A DNA stretch of 64,000 nucleotides from Selaginella moellendorffii (GCF_000143415.4 NW_003314312.1:859510-923509); one strand, 5' to 3'; counted from the first letter of the stretch, positions 25,432 through 39,545 are shown. Numbers and translations: made by a program. Notes: generated from the letters alone by a model not told the origin.

Positions 25432-27015
25432 ATGCCGACAACTGCTGGAGGCGGCACTCCATTCTTTCCTCGGAGGTGGATATTGTTTGCCTATCTCGTT
25501 CTGGGAGTGAATGCTGCGGTCTACCTCCGGCCGGCTGCTCGGCCTCTTCTCAATCTCGTTGATCAGAATGGTCTCGAAAATGAAATCGAGCAGGTACGCG
25601 AAAGAGGTCTTTCTTTCTTTCGTTGTCTCACTGATTCATAACAGGTGCGTGTCTCGTTAGCAGGAGCGAACCACATGAGAGTAAGCTGGATTTCATCGAG
25701 CTCCAATTCTCCCTCTAGTGTGCAATACGGAACATCACCCGGCAAGTACGAGTCAAGTGCTACTGGATCCAAACTCAATTATGGGTTCTTGCTCTACAAA
25801 TCCGGCACGATTCACGGTGCAGTTCTTGGTCCTTTGGAAAACAATACTGTCTACTACTACAAATGTGGAGGAATGGGGAAGGAATTCAGTTTCAAGACAC
25901 CGCCGGCTAACTTGCCCGTAACGTTCGCCGTAGTCGGTTCGTTTCCAACGTTTGGTTCTTGCGTGTGCTTGACCCGTTTCCTTTTTTCTCGAGCAGGAGA
26001 CATTGGACAAACGGGATGGACAGTTACTACTCTAGAACACGTACAGAAAAGCAGCTACGATGTGCTATTGTTTGCTGGAGACTTGTCGTACGCGGATTAT
26101 TACCAGCCACGGTGGGATTCTTTCGGCAGGCTTGTGGAACCCTCGGCAAGCTCGAGGCCCTGGATGGTGACGGAAGGAAACCACGAGATTGAAAGGATTC
26201 CTCTCATCAGTTCGTTTAGAGCTTACAACACTCGCTGGAGAATGCCTTACGAAGAGAGCGGGTCTGATTCGAATCTCTACTATTCGTTCGACGTTGCTGG
26301 AGCTCACGTGCTGATGCTGGGATCATATGCCGACTTCGGACAACGCTCGCCTCAGTATAAGTGGCTACAGGTACTTTTCTTCTCTATTTTTTTTTTCGCA
26401 GCTTAGCTTTTGGATGACGTGATCGTACCTCAGGCAGATCTTGCAAAGATTGATCGCAAAAGAACCCCTTGGCTCATTGCTGTTCTACATGCTCCGTGGT
26501 ACAACAGCAACGAGGCGCACCGAAACGAAGGCGACGACATGATGAAAGCGATGGAGCCTCTTCTGCAAGCAGCAGGGACGGACCTTTTATTCGCAGGCCA
26601 TGTCCATGCATACGAACGATGGGTACTGCTCTCGAGAATCTTTGCTTTCTACTTTACTAGGTTCTCCTCGCAGGACCGGATGTTCCAAGGAAAGAAAGAC
26701 GACTGCGGCATTGTTCACATAACAATTGGAGATGGTGGCAACCGTGAAGGCCTCGCAACCAAGTAAGCTCTTCGTTGATTTCCTTTCTCTTTGCCACTAA
26801 CACAGGTTTCTTCCAGGTTCCTTGATCCCAAGCCTGAGAATTCTCTCTTTCGTGAAGCCAGCTTTGGACACGGCCAGTTCAAGCTCGTGAATTCCACTCA
26901 CGCTCACTGGAGCTGGCACAGGAATGACGACGATCAAGCAAAAATCGCGGACGAGCTGTGGATCCAATCCTTGAGCTCAACCGGATGCTCTCTGCCCAGC
27001 AAAAAGATGCGATGA
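25432..27015 (+). CDS. Secreted purple acid phosphatase (PAP18/20/21/22 type)
   Basis: Hydrophobic N-terminus, FN3-like region, and GDIG, GDLSYAD, GNHE, VLHAPWY, GHVHAYER, IGDGGNREG motifs. Confidence 0.93.
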
Positions 27016-27122
27016 TAGCCATGTAGAAACCTTTGTCATGTAGAAAACTCTTTAATATGATTAACATGATTCTTTTAGCATCTAGTTTGAATTGTTAGGG
27101 TTTTAGGGATAGGCGGGAGGCC

Positions 27123-29008
27123 ATGGCCGCTTGCCGCTGGCGCTCCGCGGCGCTCCAATCTCCTGGAGCTGGACATGGATCGGAGGTTCCGCCGGAAGAG
27201 CTCCTGGCAAGGATTCAAGGTCAGCGCCTCCCGCATTCTGTCGTATGCATCGAAATTCTGGCATTCTTGCAGATTTTATCAAGGAGTTTCTTTCTCATAT
27301 CAAGGATCGATCGATCCTGGTGATCAGTCTGGATAAATTTCGGATGCGCAGGCTTCGCTCTTCCGAGGACACGAATCTGTGAGCAAGTTTTGTTTGAAAG
27401 GTTTCTCATTCTTGCTTGCTGTGCTGCTTGTTTGCGCAGCGGGATATTTGAAAGATGTGAGGCGCAAGAAAGGCTCTCACTCCAAACAAGTGGTCGTAGA
27501 ATCCGTAAGTACTATTATGTCTCTTCACAGCTTGTGACTGATCTATCGTTTCGAAGTTTTTTCCTAGTCGCTATGCTCAGGGTCCTTCAAATTGTCCAAT
27601 CGCTACTCCAGCAGGGAAAGCATGCATCGAAACGAGACCTCTACTACACCGATCCTGGTCTATTCAAAGGTACGCATGCTCTCTACATGCTTTTTATCCT
27701 AAAGGTGGTTTTGTTATAACAGATCAAGCAACCGTGAACCAAGCTTTGACTGACATTTCCGTCAGGCTCAAGTGTACTAGATCTTCTCTTCACGTAGTAA
27801 GCTTTACCTGTTGATTGAATTTACCATCTGACAAGTCTGTCTTTCAGGTTTCTGTCGGCAAAGGGTACGTTCTCGCTACGTTGTGGAAGACTGGCGTCTT
27901 AGAGTTGATGCTCTTGCAGTTTAATCATGGGATCGCTGCGATTCAAGGATGCTGACAGGACAATTGACTGCTCGGTTTGCAAGTCGCGCGTAAGGCTAGT
28001 CTGTTTATTGACACAGTTGATACCCTTGACTTTGTTCATTCAGGGCTACCCCATTCCCACAGATGCGAAGATGGTAACGGGTATCTCAGTCTTGCGATGA
28101 TGAGTCCTGTTTTTAATATTCTTTTCCTTTCTTCTTCACCACAAAAGACATCCGCAGTTGTGCAGAATACATTATCGTAGTCGAAAAGGAAACCGGTAAA
28201 TAATCTTCTGTCTGCCTCTTTCGTAACATCTTTCTTCTCAGTCTTTCAGCGACTGGCAAATGATGGATTTTGCAGGAAGAACAACTGTATAGTACTAACT
28301 GTAAGTTCTTCACACTTTTTCTACCTTGATCATAGATTCTTACGCACATGTACAGGGGAGAGGGTACCCCGACGTGGCCACGAGGAGGTAACAAGATTGT
28401 TTTTGACACCGCGTTCGTAACTTCGGTTTTGTTTTCAGTTTCTTAAGGCTTCTGGCAGCTGAAACAAATTTGCCCGTTTATGGATTGGTGGATGCCGATC
28501 CGTATGGCCTGGACATCCTTGCTACATACCGCTTCGGCTCGCTGGTGAGCGTTGTTTAATTGTCAAATTCTCAAGCAAATCCCGGCTTCCCCTTCAGACC
28601 ATGGCTTACGATGCTGAAGCTCTTGCTACACCAAGCATTCGATGGCTAGGAGTTTTCCTTTCTGATTGCCAAACGCATAATGTCCCGGATAGGTGCCTCC
28701 TTCCCCTGACAAACGACGGTAAGATCCGGCGCGTCATTTTCTTAAACATAACTCTGTGATTGACAGATAGAAGAAAAGCCGAAGCGATGCTCAACAGAGA
28801 CTACTTGGAGCACTTGGCATTCTCTTGGAAGTAATTTCAACCTGTGACTCTGTGCTAAATTTCTGTGGAGTTTTGCAGCCAGCAGTTGCGGCTGATGCTG
28901 GAGAAAGGTGTCAAACTCGAGCTGGAGGCACTGTCGGCTTCTAAATTTTCCGCGCTCGCGGACGACTACATTCCGCATAAGATCAAGGCGGCAGCATATT
29001 TGTGCTAG
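27123..29008 (+). CDS. SPO11-1: Meiotic DSB transesterase SPO11-1
   Basis: Spliced product has HASKRDLYY (catalytic Tyr), [65 protein letters not shown]; about 14 tiny introns; ends ...KIKAAAYLC*. Confidence 0.92.
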
Positions 29009-29163
29009 TATCCTTCTCGGACAGCAAACCGGTGCGTCATCCAATCAACACATTCAAAGGGAGCATCGCATTATTACAGAGCACCTCGACGGGAATAATC
29101 TCTCTTGATCCCGCCTGCAACATATATGTGCTTCTTACATGGTATTTTGTTTCACTGCAAAGC

Positions 29164-29560
29164 TTATGTTATGCATGCGAATCTCACACTCTGTGCTAGT
29201 CTCACTTCTGTCGCATCACAGAGTGACACATTCGATCGAACTATGGTTGAAGTGCCAAGACAATCGGGCAGACTGAACAAAATTCCAGCTTGCCCCGAGT
29301 ATGTGAAGCGATAGTAGAGTGGAGTGGCCACACGTATAGAGGGGCAAGGATTGAGCTTGGACGTGTAGCTCGTTCCAGGGTCTTGGCAACCCGGGAGGTC
29401 GTAAACATCGAGCCTGCTGTTTGCATCAACTTGAGTGATTAAGATTGTGATCACCGCCAGGACTGCTGCCATGATCTTCAAGAGATTGAGTGCCTGATCA
29501 AACAAGAGCAAAGGAGTCGTTAATAGGTGTAATACGATGCAAAGTGTGCAGCCAAACCAT
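29164..29560 (-). CDS. Divergent MiAMP1-like secreted peptide (ATG-only first exon, intron 29494-29557)
   Basis: MALNLLKIMAAVLAVITILITQVDA signal, then NSRLDVYDLPGC...YRFTYSGQAGILF..PDC.G....C......SVRFAC. Aligns by eye to the 16031 peptide; five Cys. Confidence 0.7.
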
Positions 29561-29576
29561 TTCTCCAAGGACAGAT

Positions 29577-30060
29577 TGTAGTTGAAGAACTAACCTTGTT
29601 CTTGTTTTATAGGAGTTTGAAGTGCTCGTGGGTCACGAGGATTAGTTTCTCGATTATAATTTATAGAAATTGGATGTGTGATCATGGTTTAGTTCATGCA
29701 GTGCAAGTTCTAATGAAATTAGCGGTAGCAGTTTCGTACTATGAATATATTAACATTACAGTAATTGGTAGTAAAAATGGATTATAAATATTATGGGGTA
29801 ATAAAATTTTACTACCACAAAATTCACTAAGTGTAACACACACACTCTGGAAAACATCCTTTGCAACATAAAAAATGTGGTAGATTACAATCTTAAGAGA
29901 GTGTGTGAGTAACATCATAGCTTTCCTGGCCAAACAGCCGAACGAGTGTGTTGCACAATCACCCAACTAGATCATGACCATGCATCTATAAATTATAATC
30001 ATCCTCGTGACCCATGAGCACTTCAGCCTCCTATAAAAGGAGAACACTAGTTCCTCAACT
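29577..30060. promoter_or_regulatory. Inverted duplicated core promoter (arms 29577-29694 and 29965-30060) with TATA boxes
   Basis: Both arms read ctataaattataatc...atcctcgtgaccca(c/t)gagcacttca..ctcCTATAAAA towards the flanking ATGs. Confidence 0.8.
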
Positions 30061-30108
30061 CCTCAGCCTATCATTCAAAGCTTTCAAGAAGTGTGTTACC
30101 AAGAAGCA

Positions 30109-30280
30109 ATGGTTCATAGAAGTGTTTCATTAAGTCATCCATATTGTCAAGCTAATCTTTTCGTTTTGTTATGCACAGGAAGTTCCTCTTTGCAAGTTCA
30201 TGCTGCTGCTGTCTCTGATCATCACCCTAGTCATATGTATCGAAGGAAACAGTAACATCTAACTTTATCCCAGGCCAAAA
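30109..30280 (+). pseudogene. Truncated paralogue of the 29164-29560 peptide gene
   Basis: Same ATG|GT...AG layout (intron 30112-30178); reads MEVPLCKFMLLLSLIITLVICIEGNSNI*LYPRP with TAA at 30260, then AT-rich repeat DNA. Confidence 0.65.
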
Positions 30281-31316
30281 GAAATACCTCTTCATCAACA
30301 TATATGTTCTTAGTACCTTCAGCTTGATTTTAGGATGTAAAATTTTTAAAATAATGTATTACTAATTTCAATATACCAATTAATTGTCATGGGTCTCTAG
30401 ACAAGTAAATTATTAAAAGAAGTTCTTAATTATGTTGAAATGCATTTGCATTTCCACTTTGACTCCTATTTAAAAGATTGTTCTCATAATTCTGGGGTTA
30501 TTATTTCTGGCCATGGAACATCTTCTTCAACTACTTCCTTAACAATGATGTAGCTATAATAATTATAAGGAGTGATGTTGCACCAACTTTTATAGCGACT
30601 AATAATACTTATTTCTTAAGCATTGAGGTGAAGAATTGTTATATCTACTTAATATGATAACATTCTATATTCTTGGGTCTCCTTGAGATTGAACCACCAA
30701 CAAGCTGAGTAAGTAGGTTGTATGCTACTCTCATGTTTATTTACTCTATATCTTAAAATCCATGTAAAATTGATTTCAAATTATAGATTCTATGTAAAAA
30801 TTGTTATAAATTAATATATATTTATCAAAGAAAAGTTCAAAGTGAGAACATATCATTTGCCCTCTATGGGAAAATTCTAAAGTAGTCCTTGTTTTTAAGG
30901 CATTTGCCTTCCAAATTAATGTTAAAATTTAAATCCTCCTAGAACAGAGAGCTTGCAATTATCAATGACATAATTGAATGCCATATGAACATAAATAATT
31001 GTCCCAAATTAGTAAGCTAGAACAAAAGTATTGAACTTCTAAAAAAAGAAAAACTAAGGTTGAGACAAATTTAAGATCGAGCAAAAATATATAAAAAAAC
31101 AACTTAAATAGATATCTGTTATCAAAATGCTAGATAGAGTGATTAGGCCACCTCCTTTACATCCTTATTGTCCCCTATATTTTCAATGAGATTAAATCTA
31201 AGATCTTGCTGAAAGCTAATGATATAGTGCTCGTAAAGATGCCTTCACCTCTTACTCTTCCAAGAGCACAAAGTTCCTAGTAGGTGAGTTAACTTATATG
31301 ATAAATAAATTATTAG

Positions 31317-31640
31317 TGTAAATAATTAAAGATAACAATTTGAGAAATGATTCATAAAGATTCAAATATAGAAGGAAAAGGTTTATAAATAAGAGTGCAC
31401 CCTTTTTTCTAATTGATTAAAGGTTTTAGGATACTTAGGGCTAAATATCCTTTAGTTTAAGTAGTATTGAACTGGATGACATTTTAGAAAGTCTAAATTC
31501 GATATCAAAGAGATATAACTCTTTTAGTTAGCTAAAGAAATCACACTATATGTTAAAATTGACATTTGGCAGTCTAATTTACTTCGGCTAACCTTGGTAA
31601 GTAAAGCTCTCAAGAGAGTAGTGGCTCTTAGTTTTTAATG
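31317..31640 (+). repeat. Old AT-rich LTR-like repeat starting TGTAAAT (related copies 47138-47586 + and 48468-48590 -)
   Basis: Shared blocks ttcaaatata..gaaa..aataagagt..acccttttt..aattaa..ttttaggata.ttagggg.taa occur at three positions. Confidence 0.6.
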
Positions 31641-34600
31641 GCTCCTAGCTAAAAGCAAACAAAGTTTGAGTAATTGTAGCGCACATGAATTTGGAGCCAA
31701 ACTCCAAGCCCGTTGTGCTACGAATAAGGGTCCGGTACAATCCTATGAGCACCAGCTCCCTGTATCTAGCATCTACACGCAAAATAGTGTTAGACAAAGT
31801 CTGGCACAATTTTGGCATACCGGTGGCCTAATGCAAGGAGGAGATGCTAGATACGAGATGCTAGATACTCCACCGACTAGAGCAGCGTGGAACTTGAGCT
31901 TAGACCCAAGCCGGACGCAGAACAAAGAGCGACACAACCCAATAGGAGCCAAATTAATGTTTTAGGTGGTTGGATATGCATTCCAACCACTATCCCTACT
32001 ATACATTTAGAACCCCCCATAGCCCCCCCTGAGGAACACATGTTTTGGGCTTTCACCCCAAGCCTCCCTTAGTATCAGGAGTTAGTCTCTGGGACAAGCT
32101 CAAAACTTACTAAATATGGAATGGTACTAGTTGTGAATTTGGACACCATTGTGTTCAGGCCGACCTCTACATTCCGTAGATATGCCAAATGAACAAATCT
32201 AGACACTTTCCATAAATAACATTTGGGACTGAAATGAGACTAACACAAAGGGCGTGATAGCGAGGGTGTTTGGCAGACACGGTAAACTATCATCCAGCGA
32301 TATTGAGGGACTAGTCTCAACACACGAAGGTTATTACCAAGCCATGCAAGACAGAGCAAAAGAGAACTAACAAGCTGGGCCAAGTATGCTTGGCTAAATA
32401 GACACTTAGGAATTCCTTCCTTATGCTCTTCCAACCAAATATAGATGCTAAGTCTAATTTACTAACACTTGGACAAAAGGGGCTAATAAAGGGAATCAAC
32501 AGTATCGACCTCTTGCCATTATGGCAGTAAGGAAAGAGTGCCTGTAAGGACTAGCCGACAAGTATCTTTCAATACCCGAAATCACATTCGCGACACTCTC
32601 CCCCCTTTGGGGAAGATTGACGTCCTCGTCGATGCATACCCGAGTTTAACAAACTGTTAAGGAAACAACTCCGAAAGTTAACGAAAAGCACACTATGTAA
32701 GAAATACACCGACTTAAATGAGTTATGGAACGACCTCTCCTCTACGTCCAAAGACGTTAAAACTTAGACACCCTTTGGCCGTTGCCGACAAGAAAATAAC
32801 TAACGGAGTTAGCCACCCTTGCTGCTCCAAGTACCACTAAGTTTACAAAGGAATGATATATCCCTGCCCGCAGGGACATAGGAAGAAGGCTAGAGGCCCA
32901 ACCTCCCCTAAGCAAGAAATCAACCCTGTCAGGAAGATTTAGACAACTACTATAAATTGGTAGATTAAGTTGTTTACACGACCACGCCCATTTTCGAAAA
33001 TGAGTCATCGAGAGAGAGGCGGGGACTTGTGATCAGTCTATAATAGTTATCCCCATATCCATGCACCGAAGTGCCGAAGTTAGCTTGCCAAAACTGACCC
33101 AAGTACGAACAAACAAGAAAAATGACACTTTGATTTATAGAAATATATTACTTTATTAATTTACAAGATTTATTACAAGATTTACAAAAGTTAATCTTTA
33201 TTACGATTTTCATACTCTGTGACAAGCTCACGAGCATGTATAAGATTCCTAAGAGGCTCCCAAGTTAATTCACAAGATGGGTAACCTTTCCACTTAACTA
33301 GATACTCTCGACGTTTGGCATGTTTAAGCTAGCGTGTACCCAAAATAACTTCCACTTCATATTCAGGTGCACCATCCACAACTTTTAGTGGTGGGCAAAT
33401 CTCCGTTTGACATGCATCATCCATAATGTAGAGCCAAGAGATTGGCATGAAATATATTATGAATATTGGACATCTCCGCAGGAAGATCCAACTAATAGGA
33501 TACAGGACCAATGCACCTCAACACCCAATAGGGTCCAACATATCTCAGTAACAACTTCCGAGATAAAGATCCCTTAATGTTCAAGTTCCGGGAAGATAGC
33601 CACACCTGATCTCCCACTTGATAGGATACATTTCGACAATGCTGATCCTTATCATGTCGATACCTATCCTGAGCTTTGCCCATCGCCTTAGTAGCTCTAG
33701 ACCAACCTTGGCGTAGCTGCTCCGCGTAAGTCTCAATGGCCGGGACTAACATTTCGGACATTGGTTTCAATACAATAATTTGTTAAGGAACCCTATGAGC
33801 ATTCCCTTGTAGTATCTCCCATGGAGAATAGCCTATAGTGCTATGAAATGTGTTGTTATAACAGATTTCTGCTGTGTTTAAATGCTCAACCTAGTTGCGT
33901 TGGTCCGCCGCAACATAGTACTGCAAATAATCCTCAACTTGAGCATTCACACGTTTGGTCTGCCCATCAGTCTGAGGATGATAAGTCATACTAAACTTCA
34001 ACTTGGTACCAAACAACTGGAGCAATATGCACCAAAACTTCCCCACAAACCTCAAATCCTTATCCGAGATTATCTTTTCGGGAAGACCACAAACTCGCAC
34101 TACTTCATGGAAAAAGAGCTTTGCTGCTTATTTCACATTTATTGTTCCCACAGTTGGAATGAAGTGTGCAATCTTCGACAACTAATCCACAACCACCATC
34201 AAAGTATCATAACCCTTAGACTTCGGCAAGCAAGTGATGAAATCAAGTGTCACACTTTGAAATGGCCATGCCAATGCTGGAATGCATTACAACTTTCTAG
34301 CCTACTTCTTAGCTTTGCGTTTACATTGCTGGCATATAGGGTAGGAACAGACATAGTCCGCTATATCACCTTCCATACTAGACCAGAAAAATCCCTTTTT
34401 CAACGAAGCTAGAGTCTTTCGCTGTCCACCATATCCTACTGCTGGAACATTATGATGTTCCCGCAGAAATAACTGCTAAAGATCCTTAGAGGGAAGATAC
34501 AATCTTTCTTGCTTATAGAATATAAGCCCATCCCGAACTGAGAAGTGAAGCTTTACATTAGTGCGACTAGCAACTTTCACTGCTTCGCTACTAAGGCTCT

Positions 34601-37600
34601 ACCTCAACAACCCCACACGGCATAAGATTACCTTCGCCAACAGATCACTTCCATACGAAGCCCGAACGTCTCTAACCAATCCGAACTGATTGCCGATATT
34701 GCCTGGAATTGAGCCTGACGACTCAACGCATCCGGAACAATATTGTCTTTACCAGGTTTATATATGATTTCAATATCATATCTAGCAAGTTTCTTTTGCC
34801 AACGAGCCTGTTTTGGTGTAAGCTTAGGCTGCGTAGCAAAGTAGCTTAGTGTGTTACTATCTGTATAAACCTTGGTGTGTCCACCCAAGTAGTGTCTCCA
34901 GTGTTCCAGGGCCAACACTATAGCAAACATCTCTTTCTCATGCGTTGGCCATCTTCGTTGAGTTTCATCCAATTTCTTGGAGTAGAATGCAACGGGACAA
35001 CCATGTCGCCTTAGCGTAACACCAACCGCTTTGTCATAATCTTGCTGCAACACGGCACCAATAGCATAGCCAGATGCATCACAATGCACTTTGAAGGGTT
35101 TATCAAGATCTGGGATCCTAAGAATAGGAACCGTAGTCAAGATCTCCTTCAACCATACAAAAGCACGCTAGCAAGCTGGTGTCCAATGAAACGGAATACT
35201 ACTCTTCGTCAACTTAGTTAACGAAAGAGCAATCCTTGCAAAATTGTGGACAAACTTACGATAGTATCCTGCCAAACTGAGAAAGGAACAAACATTTGAT
35301 ATAGTGGTCGGAACTTCCTAGGACTTCACCGCTTCCACCTTCTTTGGATCAACCTCAGTCACACCACCACCAACTATATGTCCGAGAAAGTTTACGTGCA
35401 ATTGACCAAAAGTGCATTTACTTTCCTTAGTATACAGTTTGTGTTCATACAACTTCTGAAACACCAACTCCAAGTGTTTCAAATGATCCTCTAACGTTTT
35501 GCTAAAGACTAGAACATCGTCAATATAAAGGACAATAAATGTGTCCAAATAATCTCTGAATATTCTATCCATCATAGTGCTGAACGTTGCTGGAGCATTG
35601 CATAACTCGAACGGCATGACAAAGAATTCATAAGATCTGTACCAAGTCTTAAAGGTTGTCTTCTCCACATCCTGATCTGCCACCTGTATCTGATGATATC
35701 TGGACCGCAAATCAAGTCGCATAAAATACTTAGCCTTTAAGAGTTGGTCAAACAAGTCATCAATGCGAGGCAAAGGATAACTATTTTTAACCGTGATCTT
35801 GTTAAGTGCCCAATAGTCAATACACATCCTCATGGTTCCATCCTTTTTCATAACAAAAAGGACGGGCGCTCCATAAAGTGACTTGCTTGGTTGGATATGA
35901 CCTTTGTCAAGATGCTCTATGAGTTGCTTCTTGAGTTCAGCCATCTCCTTAATGTTCAATCGATATAGAGCTTTTGTAGGTGGTTTAGAACCCTGAATAA
36001 CCTCAATCCGATGATCAACCTCACGGCTAGGAGGTAGCCTTGGTGGCAAATCCTTCGGAAAGATATCTTGATTCCACACCAACAACTCTAATATCTTCTG
36101 TGGTACAGGATCAACCCCGTCACCGATTCGAACTGAGTCACCAACACTCTCAGCTTCCATCACTTGAACCCAAACGGTCCGACATCCCCTCTTAGCTGTT
36201 TTTTGAGCGGCTCTCGCAGTCAGGAACTTTGCATCTTAATCCTTTGAGGAACATTTTTGCAACTGGAAGGACATATCGGGACGTCCTTCTAACTTCAATG
36301 TGATACGACTTTGGCCAGCACTATAAATCCCTTTTATATATTTGTTGAAGAAGTCCATACCAAACACTATTTGAAAATCTAGTATCTTCAACACTACCAA
36401 GTCCACTTTTTCTTTCCACTTGGATATCTTTATTGGAACATCACTCACAAACTTTCTGGCTACTTGCCCACCTTCCGCAAACCGGAAGTGCATAGGCGAC
36501 ATTTGCTCAGCATTCAATCCTAACAACTTAACTAAGTCTTCGGATATCACGCTGTGTGTAGCTCCCGTGTCAATCATCATTCGGATTCGGTGGCCATGAA
36601 CAAAGCCTACCAGATACATCAATGGATCAGTGTTTGCATTGACTGCAAGAAAAGCTTGAGGAAAGCAACGAAAGTTACTCACTTCTTCTTTCTCATAGTC
36701 TGCATTGACCAACTCGTCAACCCCTTCAACTTCACCACCACCGTCTTCCCTCATGACATTAACCCAAGACCTTGTCTTATGTTTGTTGGGACATTCCGAT
36801 GACTTATGTCTCGACTCTCCACAATGGAAGCAATGACCCACACTACCCGTTCCGCTAGGAGCAAATTTTGCAGGTTGATGCTGCTTGTACCCACCAGGAG
36901 GAGGAATAAAGGGCTTAGGACCAAAAGAAGCTGTTGGTGGTCTCCAACCACCACCACCTTTATTAACTGTTGCTTGTGAGCCTCCAGGGTGGAACTTGCC
37001 TTCCACCCTCTATTTCCGATCACCTTGTTTATTCCCAGAATTCCTATTCTTGTCCAAGTTACCAGCATATAGTTACTGATATTGTTCCCTGAGCGAGTGA
37101 CTAAAGGCAATCTGCTACGCTACCTCCTTACACTCCAAGTACGTCTTTGGCTTAAACTTCAAAATCTCATTGCGAGAAAATGAACTTAAACCCTCCAGAA
37201 AATAACTCCGAGCATCTTCGTCACTCATATTTGCAATTATAATGCACTTCTGAGCAAACGCATTAACATAATGCATGAGGTCCCCTCGCTGCTTTAACCG
37301 CTGCAACTCTGCACGAAGTCGTAGACCAAGATCATCCGGCAAGTATTCCTTACGAGACTGCATCTTGGTCCAACTTCTAGTCTGCCCTTTTTCAGCACAC
37401 ACCTGGCGCCACCAAGTTTTGGCATGATCAGTGAGAAAGGATTATGTGCACGCAACTTTCATACGATCATCTACGTCTGCCGCTATAAAATAGTTTTCCA
37501 TATTGTAGACCTAGTCCTCCAAAACTTGATAGTCCCGCATGCCTCTAAAGTTGGGTGGTTTCTGAGGCTTGAACTTTGAAACTCATGCAACTGGGGGCGG

Positions 37601-39545
37601 TTGTAAAACTTCATCATCCTCAGAACTTGAAGAGGAGTCCAGTTGCTTAGGCTTAGTTGGTTTAGCTGCCTCAGCTTCTTTCTTCCTCTTCTTGTTCTCT
37701 TTCTTCAATTTGTGAATCTCCCTTTGCAAATTCTCGATCTCGACTTCCTGAGCTGTACGCTGTAACGCTGTAGCATTTGGCTCTTCCTCTTCTGACTCAA
37801 CCTCAGCCTCTTTCGCAGCATCTCTAGTAGGAGTTTCCTCCTCTCAATTTGCTTGTCTAGAGGTTTCAGCGTCATCAGCACGGTTCCTCTTCACCATCCT
37901 GCTAGCTGCATGCATGCCTCTATCAGTAACTGAACATGCATACAACATTCTTACCAAATGGTGCTATCCAACTAATCTTACATAGGTTGCTTTGGATCTA
38001 CTAGAAAAGTCTTTGCATATGCAACCTGAGTCAGAAAATCCGACAAAAGTTGGATAGGAATCGCTGAGACAATTTCTCTAATACCAAACATAGCGCACCT
38101 GAATTTGGAGCCAAACTCCAAGGCCGTTGCGCTACGAACGAGGGTCCGGTACAATCCCACGAGCACCATCTCCCCGTATCCAACACCTATACGCAAAATA
38201 GTGTCAGACGGAGTCTGGCACAATTTTGGCATACTAGTGGCCTAACGTGAGGAGGAGGGTACTCCACTGACCTGCCCCCCCCTCCCCCTAAGGAACACAT
38301 GCTTTGGGCTTTCACCCCAAGCCTCCTTTAGTACTAGGAGTTAGTCTCTGGGATAAGCTTGAAACTTATTAAATATGGAATGGTGCTAGATTGCGAATTT
38401 GGACACAGGACGAACACTATTGTGTTCAGACTGACCTCTACATTCCATAGATATGCCAAATGAGTGAATCTAGACACTTTCCATAAATAGCATTTGGGAC
38501 CAAAATGAGACTAAGGGCGTGATAGCGAGGGTGTTTGGCAGACACAGTAAACTATCATCCAGCGATATTGAGGGACTAGTCTCAACACGCGAGGGTTCTT
38601 GCCAAGCCAGTGCAAGACAGAGCAAAAGAGAACTAACAAGCCGGGCCAAGTATGCTTGGCTAAATAGACACTTAGGAATTCCTTCCTTATGCTCTTTCGG
38701 CCAAGTACAGATGCTAAGTCTAGTTTACTAACACTTGGACAAAAGGGGTGTAAGCCACAAATTTTTCCTTTCCAATTTGCCAGCTTACCTCGTCTATCCG
38801 TCCAACACTACCTTGGCTTTTGCTAAGTTTCCTCGCCAAGGTTCCCGCCTATAGTATCAGCTCCTACTTGGTCCTACTTAGTTTTAGCTACTCATTGCAC
38901 GAGCAACGGAGCATTAGCCATCTATCCACGGATTCCCAAATCTCTCCCAATCCCCCTCCCCGGGTTAGACTGGACTTAAGGTTCAGCTACACTCCCCGCA
39001 GGCACAAGCAGCCAAGCACACCAAGCCTCCAGGTTCTTAACACCCCTTGGTACCACAAGACTTGATTATGGGACCCTCTAAATCCCAAGTCTTGGATGCA
39101 ACACTTGCTTCGGGATGCCGGGGCGAAACATCGTGGCCTAACAGTCCGGTATGGGTACCTCTACCCCCCCACTTCCATCCCGAAGGAAGGCTCAAGCCCC
39201 TAGGAAGGGCAAGGACCAATGAGCCGCATGGTACTCAAGTGGGGCACCACTCCACATGAGCTGAAAGCACTGTAGTCAGTTTCCCTTTCAAGAGTGGGAG
39301 CTGCTCTTGAGCAGTTTCTGGGGTGGCCCCTCCGGCACCACCCAAGTCCCTGCTCACTCCCACCCAAGGCCCCTCAACTTTAGTCTCAACCTTAAGTCAA
39401 TTTGGAAGCACCATTAGAGAGTTCCTTCAAGACTAGTTCCTAGACCTCACTATCCCTACTATACTTTTGGAACCCCCTGCAGCCCCCCCCCCCCCCCCTG
39501 GGAGAAGCATGGTTTGGGGTTTCACCCCTTGACCCATATTAGTAC

